Source: Parcubacteria group bacterium
GTDB taxonomy: Bacteria > Patescibacteriota > Minisyncoccia > 2-02-FULL-40-12
Length of the DNA: 64,000 nucleotides
Assembly (NCBI GenBank): GCA_016186395.1
Contig: JACPLU010000002.1
Location: 11,470-75,469, forward strand
Direction of reading: 5' to 3'
Shown: piece by piece, positions 57,995 through 64,000 of the stretch
Layout: the number at the start of each line of letters is the position of its first letter
Numbering within the stretch: the first letter of the stretch is position 1
Translations under genes and position numbers: made by a program
The notes under the pieces: model-generated
Databases searched by the model: none
The model's input: the letters and a program-made list of their open reading frames with translations, nothing else
Told to the model about the DNA's origin: nothing

Positions 57995-60081
57995 TTCATT
58001 GTTAAATTAATTCTTCCCAGTTCATCTATATTTTTAACCTTAACCTTAACTACATCGCCTAATTTGAGAGCATCTGAAACCCTTTCCACTCTTTTGGTAC
58101 TTATTTCCGATATGTGAACTAAACCCTCATGTCCTGGCATGATCTCAATAAAAGCTCCGAAGTCAAGAATTCTTTTTACTTTTCCCTCGAAAACTTCCCC
58201 TGGTTTAATCTCTCGAGTCAAACTCTTAATCCAAGCTATTGCTTTATCTGCCGCCTGACTTGTTTCAGCAGTTATAAAAATATTCCCATCATCCTCAATA
58301 TCTATATCCGCTCCGGTTTCACTTATAATTTCGTTTATAACCTTACCTTGTGGTCCTATAACTTTTCCGATCTTTTCCGGATTAATCTGCAACATATAAA
58401 TATGGGGTGCAAAAGGAGATAAGTCCTGTCTTGGATCTTTAATTACCTTCGCCATTGCCTCCAAAATTTCCTTTCTTGCCTTTTTTGATTGTTCAAATGC
58501 AGATTCCAAAATTTCTATAGTAACACCCTGAATTTTAACATCCATCTGAATTGCAGTTACACCATTTTCTGTTCCGGCTATCTTTAAATCCATGTCCCCG
58601 TGGTGATCCTCGGGACCTTGAATATCGGTAATAATCTTAAACTTCTTACCGTCATCTGAAAGCATCAAACCAGTCGAAATACCAGCCACTGGAGCAGATA
58701 TTGGCACTCCTCCATCCATTAAAGCCAGCGTAGAACCGCAAACCGAAGCCATTGAAGTTGAACCGTTAGACGACAAACTTTCAGAAACAATTCTCATTGT
58801 ATAAGGGAACTTGTCTTTGTCGGGAATCACTGCCATTAAGGCCCTTTCTGCCAAAGCCCCGTGTCCTATCTCACGCCTCCCCGTAAAACCCATTCTTCCC
58901 ACTTCTCCAGAAGAATAAGGGGGGAAATTATAGTGGTGCATGTAATGTTTTTTAATCTCCATCTCTGGAGTTTCAATCCATTGTTCAGCACTTGGAGCAG
59001 CTAGAGTAAGAATTGATAAAATCTGGGTTTGTCCCCTTGAAAAAAGACCCGTACCATGAGTTCTTGGTAAAATTCCGACGTCAATACTCAAAGGCCGTAT
59101 TTCATCAAGTTTTCTACCGTCAGGTCTTTTATTATTTTCCAATACTCCTTCGTGAACAACCCGGTCAATTTCCGATTCAAAGATTTCATCAGAATATTGC
59201 AACATCTTGCCAAGACCGGGATTATCCTTATGGTGTTCTTTGAGCCAGTCCTGCATTTCAGATTTTAGTTGATTTAACTCCTCATACATTGCCTGTTTAC
59301 TGCCCAAATAAATTGCTTTTTCTAAACGACTCCCCAAAAAGTTTCTTATTTCCGAAACCAAATCTTCTTGAGGTTCAAAAAAATCTATTTTTTGCTTTAC
59401 AGGTTTAAATTCCGCAATAATTTCTTTCTGAAATTCAATCATCTTCTGATACTGTTTTAATCCAAATTCAATGCCCCCAAGCACGACTTTATCATCCACA
59501 ATTTGTGCGCCAGCTTCGAGCATATTAATTCTCTCTTTTGGGCCGGAAACTACAACATCAAAATCGCTTTTACCAAGATCCGAAGAAATTGGATTTAAAA
59601 CATAATTCCCGTCTATCCTGCCGACCCGTGCGGCCGAAACAACACCATCAAAAGGAATATCAGATATCCCTAATGCCAGAGAAGCCCCAATAACCGAGGG
59701 AATGTCAGGATCGTTTAAACCATCATACGATAAAACCGTTGCTACGATTTGAATCTCATTTCGTATCCGACTATCAAAAAGCGGTCTTAATGTCCTATCT
59801 ATTAAACGGGCTGAAAGAATCGCCCCGTCTGAAGGTCGAGTTTCTCGTTTAACCCAACGGCTTCCCTTAATTTTACCGGCAGCATAAAAACGCTCTTCGT
59901 AATCGATAACTAAGGGCATATAATTTGCGTCTTTAGGCTTTTTATTCATTGTGGCCGTGACCAATACTGAAGTATCGGCATAGCGCACAAAAACGGCTCC
60001 ATTTGCCTGCCCAGCTAAACGGCCGATTTCTACGGAAAATTTACGACCGCCGTAGTCGGTCTCAAAGGTTTTTACAGACAC
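57988..60081 (-). CDS. pnp: Polyribonucleotide nucleotidyltransferase (PNPase)
   Basis: Two RNase PH-like domains, KH (GPQGKVINEIISETGADIDIEDDG) and S1 (GEVFEGKVKRILDFGAFIEIMPGHEGLVHISEIS) domains; 697 aa. Confidence 0.9.
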   Translation of the reverse strand: MSVKTFETDYGGRKFSVEIGRLAGQANGAVFVRYADTSVLVTATMNKKPKDANYMPLVIDYEERFYAAGKIKGSRWVKRETRPSDGAILSARLIDRTLRPLFDSRIRNEIQIVATVLSYDGLNDPDIPSVIGASLALGISDIPFDGVVSAARVGRIDGNYVLNPISSDLGKSDFDVVVSGPKERINMLEAGAQIVDDKVVLGGIEFGLKQYQKMIEFQKEIIAEFKPVKQKIDFFEPQEDLVSEIRNFLGSRLEKAIYLGSKQAMYEELNQLKSEMQDWLKEHHKDNPGLGKMLQYSDEIFESEIDRVVHEGVLENNKRPDGRKLDEIRPLSIDVGILPRTHGTGLFSRGQTQILSILTLAAPSAEQWIETPEMEIKKHYMHHYNFPPYSSGEVGRMGFTGRREIGHGALAERALMAVIPDKDKFPYTMRIVSESLSSNGSTSMASVCGSTLALMDGGVPISAPVAGISTGLMLSDDGKKFKIITDIQGPEDHHGDMDLKIAGTENGVTAIQMDVKIQGVTIEILESAFEQSKKARKEILEAMAKVIKDPRQDLSPFAPHIYMLQINPEKIGKVIGPQGKVINEIISETGADIDIEDDGNIFITAETSQAADKAIAWIKSLTREIKPGEVFEGKVKRILDFGAFIEIMPGHEGLVHISEISTKRVERVSDALKLGDVVKVKVKNIDELGRINLTMKF

Positions 60082-60115
60082 CTTTTTAAAGAAGGGTAGA
60101 GAAATTATGAATCAG

Positions 60116-60220
60116 CAACCCCCCACCTAATTTCTATATCAAAGACTTGCGACCATCTTTTTGATAAAGACAGCGCCCAGACACAAATATCTATAAATGA
60201 AATTGAAAATTAGATGGGGG
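60116..60220. repeat. Long-range inverted-repeat family B, copy 3 (pnp 5' leader)
   Basis: caaccccccacctaatttc ...~70 nt... gaaaattagatggggg. Confidence 0.55.
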
Positions 60221-60326
60221 AAAGACTCGGTACCAACACATAATCCGATATGAACTAAAGCTATAAATTCGTATACACTATTTGCAGGTGTATGTTTTGA
60301 TATCGAGCCTCTCCTTTTTAAAAAAT

Positions 60327-60854
60327 CTAATTCTTAAGTCTTCTACTCTCCTTGGTTAATAAGAATTTTTTAGGATCATCCTCTAAGTCAAAGAATCTCT
60401 CTGCGGCAGTTATTAACTTTGAAGAAGCACTTCTGCCAAAAGCGACTACCTCAACTGTCACTCCATGGTTTTTTAGATATTCAACCAATGGTATGGCATC
60501 ACCATCTCCACCAACTAAAACAATTACATCAACTTTGTCAATAAGACTGATTGCATCCACCGCCATACCCACATCCCAGTCTCCTTTTTTCATACCTCCA
60601 GCGAAAACCTGAAGATCTTTCATTTTTAAATAAAACCCTGCTCGCTCGAGTGCTTGAAAAAAAGATGCTTCTTCGGGCACATCACTTTTTATAACATAAA
60701 CAATAGCTTTTAAAAGATTCCTTCCATCAACTGCGGCCTTCAAAATCTCCCTAAAATTAACCTTCGCATGATAAAGATTCTTTGCTGAATGATACATATT
60801 TTGGGCATCAACCAGAACTGCCACTTTTTGAATATTTGTTGACTTTGGAGACAT
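60327..60854 (-). CDS. NYN-domain (LabA-like, PIN-related) protein
   Basis: VAVLVDAQNMYHSAKNL... and VVLVGGDGDAIPLVEYLKNHG match the NYN/LabA pattern; stop abuts the rpsO start. Confidence 0.55.
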   Translation of the reverse strand: MSPKSTNIQKVAVLVDAQNMYHSAKNLYHAKVNFREILKAAVDGRNLLKAIVYVIKSDVPEEASFFQALERAGFYLKMKDLQVFAGGMKKGDWDVGMAVDAISLIDKVDVIVLVGGDGDAIPLVEYLKNHGVTVEVVAFGRSASSKLITAAERFFDLEDDPKKFLLTKESRRLKN

Positions 60855-61123
60855 TATTTCTTAAGTTCGAGTTTCTTAATTAAACTAGCATACCTTTTAT
60901 GATCCTCCTTTTTAAGAAAGTCCAATAATCTTTTTCTTTTTGAGACCATTTTTAAAATCCCTCTTCGAGAAGAATTGTCTTTTTTGTGTTTTTCCAGATG
61001 TTTAGCTAATCGCTTAATTTCTTCGCTAAATAAAGCAACCTGGACCTCGGCTGATCCTGTATCTTTTTCATGCACTGCGTGCTTTTTTATAAGTTTTGTT
61101 TTTTCAGTACCAGTTAAAGCCAT
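60854..61123 (-). CDS. rpsO: 30S ribosomal protein S15
   Basis: TGSAEVQVALFSEEIKRLAKHLEKHKKDNSSRRGILKMVSKRKRLLDFLKKED matches bS15; internal Met gives 89 aa. Confidence 0.85.
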   Translation of the reverse strand: MALTGTEKTKLIKKHAVHEKDTGSAEVQVALFSEEIKRLAKHLEKHKKDNSSRRGILKMVSKRKRLLDFLKKEDHKRYASLIKKLELKK

Positions 61124-61182
61124 GCTAGTTAGAAAGCATATCATAACCTCACCTTTTTGGCAAATTAACTAAAAAAAGCTTG

Positions 61183-61502
61183 GTGAATAATACTCTTTCT
61201 CTTTCCTCGCAAACCCCAGGACTTCGGCTGAGCTCAGTCGAATGCCCGTGGTTTACTTAGGGGTTGAGCCCTTGCGCCACCGCTGAAGCTAAGGCGGCAC
61301 GCGGTCGCTCTTATCCCGCACCAATCAAGCACTGCAACGCAATACTGTTTTGGGTTTGAGTATGCCCTCCAGATACTGACTATCCTTTATATAAAAGAGT
61401 TACACTACTACAGCGTTATCCCAGAAAACTAGTGCTTGATTTGGTGACGGGGCCATGCCCGCTACGGGCTCAAAACCCGTTCAAGAGCATTGTCCACCAA
61501 GC
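61183..61502 (+). repeat. Intergenic modular repeat family A, copy 5 (longest, ~320 nt)
   Basis: ggtgaataatactctttctctttcctcgcaaaccccaggacttcggctgagctcagtcg ... ccatgcccgctacgggctcaaaacccgttcaagagcattgtccacc. Confidence 0.7.
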
Positions 61503-61558
61503 TCATATGATGCCCCATACTAAAATTTAATGTATACTGAAATTGTACGACCCCATCT

Positions 61559-62470
61559 ATGAACATCGCTGACTTGAAAAATCAATTCCTTGAATACATG
61601 GAAATTGAGAAGAACCGTTCTCAAAAAACGATTATTAATTATGATCATTATATTTCGCGCTTAATTACACTTGAAAACCTAAAATCTCTAGACGGTTTAT
61701 CTGAAGAGATAATTAGAAAATTTAGAATTAAATTGGCAAGACTAACTGATGAAAAAACAAACCAGCCACTTAAAAAGGTAACCCAGAACTATCATGTTAT
61801 TGCGGTCCGGGCTTTTTTGAAATATCTGGCTAAACGAGGAATACGAACTGTTCCGGCTGAAAAAATAGAGCTCGGCAAACAAGAAGAGAGGCAAATTTTA
61901 ATTCCTGAAAAAAAAGAGTTAGAACAACTGCTTGCTGCCCCTGATATAAACTCGCTTAAAGGACTTCGCGATAAAGCAATCCTTGAAACGCTTTTCAGCA
62001 CCGGTCTTAGAGTTTCTGAACTTTGTAACTTAAGCCGAGATGACATTGACTTTGGAAAGGGAGAATTCTCTGTAATGGGGAAGGGGAGAAAAATAAGATT
62101 AGTCTTTTTGTCCGATCAAGCTAAAAATACCCTAAAAAATTACTTCTCAAAAAGATCAGACGCTGACTTGGCTGCATTTATACGCATACCTAAAGACGGC
62201 CGATTTGATAAATATGAAAATTTAAGGTTGACCCCAAGAAGCATCCAAAGAATTATTCAAAAAAATGCCGTAAAGGCGGGAATATCTAAAACCAAAATTA
62301 CGCCTCACAGCTTAAGACACCTTTTCGCTACCGACCTTTTACGCAACGGCGCTGATATTCGTTCGGTACAATCGCTTTTGGGTCACGCCAGCGTTACCAC
62401 GACTCAAATTTATACCCATGTAACCGACGAACGTTTACGCGAAGTCCACAAAAAATATCATTCACACTAA
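61559..62470 (+). CDS. xerC: Tyrosine recombinase XerC/XerD family
   Basis: HSLRHLFATDLLRNGADIRSVQSLLGHASVTTTQIYTHV (R...HxxR...Y catalytic tetrad region); 303 aa. Confidence 0.75.
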   Translation: MNIADLKNQFLEYMEIEKNRSQKTIINYDHYISRLITLENLKSLDGLSEEIIRKFRIKLARLTDEKTNQPLKKVTQNYHVIAVRAFLKYLAKRGIRTVPAEKIELGKQEERQILIPEKKELEQLLAAPDINSLKGLRDKAILETLFSTGLRVSELCNLSRDDIDFGKGEFSVMGKGRKIRLVFLSDQAKNTLKNYFSKRSDADLAAFIRIPKDGRFDKYENLRLTPRSIQRIIQKNAVKAGISKTKITPHSLRHLFATDLLRNGADIRSVQSLLGHASVTTTQIYTHVTDERLREVHKKYHSH

Positions 62471-62471
62471 A

Positions 62472-62619
62472 CATGCCCCGTAGTAGAATTTCCAATAGTT
62501 TTAGTATGTCGCTTTAATTACCTACTGGGTTTAAAATAAAAATAAGTATCAACAAATAATTTCCAATCTATACCTTTTTAAAACCTAAGACATTGTTGGA
62601 AATTTCACTACGGGGCATG
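62472..62619. repeat. 148-bp element bounded by 24-bp terminal inverted repeats immediately after xerC/D
   Basis: catgccccgtagtagaatttccaa (62472-62496) vs ttggaaatttcactacggggcatg (62596-62619). Confidence 0.5.
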
Positions 62620-63387
62620 CCAAATAACTTTCAATCATACAATCAAGATAAAAATTCAAAACCAGCTCAAGATTTTGAATCTGACAACCAAAACGCGTTT
62701 AGCACAGAAACGGAAAGTAAAACAGAAATTACACAGAACGAATATTCTCAACTTCACGAACTTAATCAAACTCGGATGGGAATTACCCCGAGTCTTCGCC
62801 GAAATCTGACCAGCTATCGAAAACTACAAACCGAACTTAGCCCACCCTCTCAATCACTTTACTCAATGATGTACCTTGGAACAGTTATTGGCGATCTCGC
62901 CGACATACTTGATTTATTTGGTATAACCATTCTTATTTCTGCGGCAATTGATATCGCGGTCGGTTTGGGATTATGGAGTGCGGGCACAAAAATTAAAAAG
63001 GAAATAGAAGAATTAGCCGAATTAACTGAACAGCTTGACGTATCATTTGATTCTCTACGACTAAATCTTCAACGCCACACCCAACAACTTACCTCTATCA
63101 GTAATCCTACAAATGGGGACATGCCACTTACAACTCAACTACGGGCAACAAAAATGGGAGGAGGCATTCGACGACAAAAAACGCAGATCATCACAAAAAG
63201 TCCACTAGGACGTCTTTTGGGTGCGACGCTTATTGATATCGTTGGCTGGATAGCAGCATTGGTACCGTGGAGGACTTTCGCAGTACGCTCAACTCAAAAA
63301 CAACACCGAGAAGCCTACCAAACTACAACTTCTCTCCTTGAAGAAATTATTCATTTACACGAATCTGCACTTCGTGAGTTTAGTTGA
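62593..63387 (+). CDS. Hypothetical membrane protein
   Basis: 264-aa ORF with a central hydrophobic pair (ITILISAAIDIAVGLGLWSAG; LGATLIDIVGWIAALVPW); its first codons lie in the right arm of the TIR element, so the start is uncertain. Confidence 0.3.
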   Translation: MLEISLRGMPNNFQSYNQDKNSKPAQDFESDNQNAFSTETESKTEITQNEYSQLHELNQTRMGITPSLRRNLTSYRKLQTELSPPSQSLYSMMYLGTVIGDLADILDLFGITILISAAIDIAVGLGLWSAGTKIKKEIEELAELTEQLDVSFDSLRLNLQRHTQQLTSISNPTNGDMPLTTQLRATKMGGGIRRQKTQIITKSPLGRLLGATLIDIVGWIAALVPWRTFAVRSTQKQHREAYQTTTSLLEEIIHLHESALREFS

Positions 63388-63466
63388 TAAAACTTGCAAA
63401 AAAGATTAAATAATGTTTTACTCATATAATTAGTATGCTGTACATTACAATTTTTAGGAGAAAAGT

Positions 63467-64000
63467 ATGAAAAAGATGAGAAAATTGGCATTTTTTCTAA
63501 TTGCATTCTCAATAACATCATATACTCCTACTCCGTCAAGGTTGATTATGGCACAAGAAAACTTGGAGTCAAAAGGAATTATTGTGAAGTTTACTTCCCA
63601 AGATTCTGTTCAGAAAATAACTAATATAAAAACGCTCGCATACGTGTCAACATACGACCCTCGGCTTGCGATAATTAAGTCCAAACAATTAGAAGAGGAC
63701 TTAAAAGATCTTCGGGCACGGCCTGACGTTGAATGGGCCGAAATCGATACACCACTTGACCCGTTGCCGTCACGCACCGGCCCGATGAAAGTCCACGAAA
63801 CGAATCAATTTGCAACAACATCTCTTTTACCCGAAAACCAAGTTCCAGGTCCCGAGTGGGACAGACAATGGGGATTTTTCAACCCAGGAACACTATTGGA
63901 TTACGTTAACAATTCCTGCAGTGAATTCGTACTGTTTGGTTGTTACGATGGACTCGCCAGACCCCGTGTAGACGCGAAAATTTGGGAACTGAAGGATTAT
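63467..64000 (+). CDS. Secreted protein, likely subtilisin-like (S8) protease with I9-type propeptide; 3' truncated at window end
   Basis: AGGAG RBS 7 nt upstream of ATG; signal peptide MKKMRKLAFFLIAFSIT; GIIVKFTSQ...RPDVEWAEID resembles the subtilase propeptide; no stop before 64000. Confidence 0.4.
   Translation, partial: MKKMRKLAFFLIAFSITSYTPTPSRLIMAQENLESKGIIVKFTSQDSVQKITNIKTLAYVSTYDPRLAIIKSKQLEEDLKDLRARPDVEWAEIDTPLDPLPSRTGPMKVHETNQFATTSLLPENQVPGPEWDRQWGFFNPGTLLDYVNNSCSEFVLFGCYDGLARPRVDAKIWELKDY

Noticed and set aside
62472-62619. Canonical dif site for XerC/D
   Set aside because: dif sites are about 28 bp (11-6-11). This is a 24-bp inverted pair separated by ~100 nt, so it is more likely a TIR-bounded element or terminator
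1-64000. CRISPR array or cas genes
   Set aside because: No regularly spaced short direct repeats of 25-40 bp with unique spacers were seen; the repeated elements found are long (60-320 nt), irregularly spaced and structurally palindromic

Overview
The window is AT-rich, with short intergenic spacers, many small secreted or membrane proteins and tsaD/tsaE, recG, polA, pnp-rpsO, valS and xerC/D housekeeping genes, which fits a small-genome Patescibacteria/CPR-type bacterium. That assignment is an inference from gene content and composition. Gene families below are called from motifs read in the ORF translations, not from database searches.

Main blocks, in order:
- 313-8326: an M48 peptidase, then a SipW-type (archaeal-type, SGSMEP) signal peptidase I with three TasA/camelysin-like substrates carrying SipW-cognate signal peptides, one of them a lamin-tail-domain protein with a poly-acidic tail, plus an FN3/Gly-rich anchored protein.
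- 8377-16627: tRNA-Arg, a 1370-aa secreted repeat protein and neighbouring Cys-rich membrane proteins.
- 17.8-28.3 kb: a putative integrated island next to tRNA-Glu. It carries a large serine recombinase whose ORF runs through the tRNA, an excisionase-type HTH, a Rep-like gene and a complete retron. The retron has an msr/msd-like ncRNA flanked by inverted repeats, an RT with NAxxH, LNLDLKDFFPSI, YADD and VTG motifs, and a trypsin-like protease. Four more tightly packed genes follow: an unknown protein, a RibD-C-like reductase, a CYTH protein and a nucleotidyltransferase.
- 28346-33579: housekeeping genes tsaD, valS, a PrsW-like protease with a poly-A frameshift, and Hsp20.
- 33.6-39.1 kb: HicAB, tRNA-Leu, a membrane methyltransferase, five tandem VirB2/TrbC-like pilin paralogs, a RelE/ParE pair, tRNA-Ser and an orphan tRNA 3'-end fragment ending in CCA.
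- 39.1-62.5 kb: tRNA-Arg(GCG), recG, a GT2 synthase, holA, a DUF3048 protein, mutM, polA, tsaE, yraN, a LysM-M23 peptidase, yifB, a DksA/TraR protein, pnp, a NYN protein, rpsO and xerC/D.
- 62593-64000: a hypothetical membrane protein and a 3'-truncated subtilase-like start.

Non-coding signals are unusually rich. There is a modular intergenic repeat family in five copies, with terminal inverted repeats and compensatory base changes. A second family of long-range inverted repeats (CCCCCACCTAATTT ... AAATTAGRTGGGGG) sits in three leader regions. A TTGACA-palindrome operator array overlaps a good sigma70-like promoter. Several long perfect GC-rich hairpins and a 148-bp TIR element lie next to xerC/D. 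No CRISPR array and no rRNA were seen.
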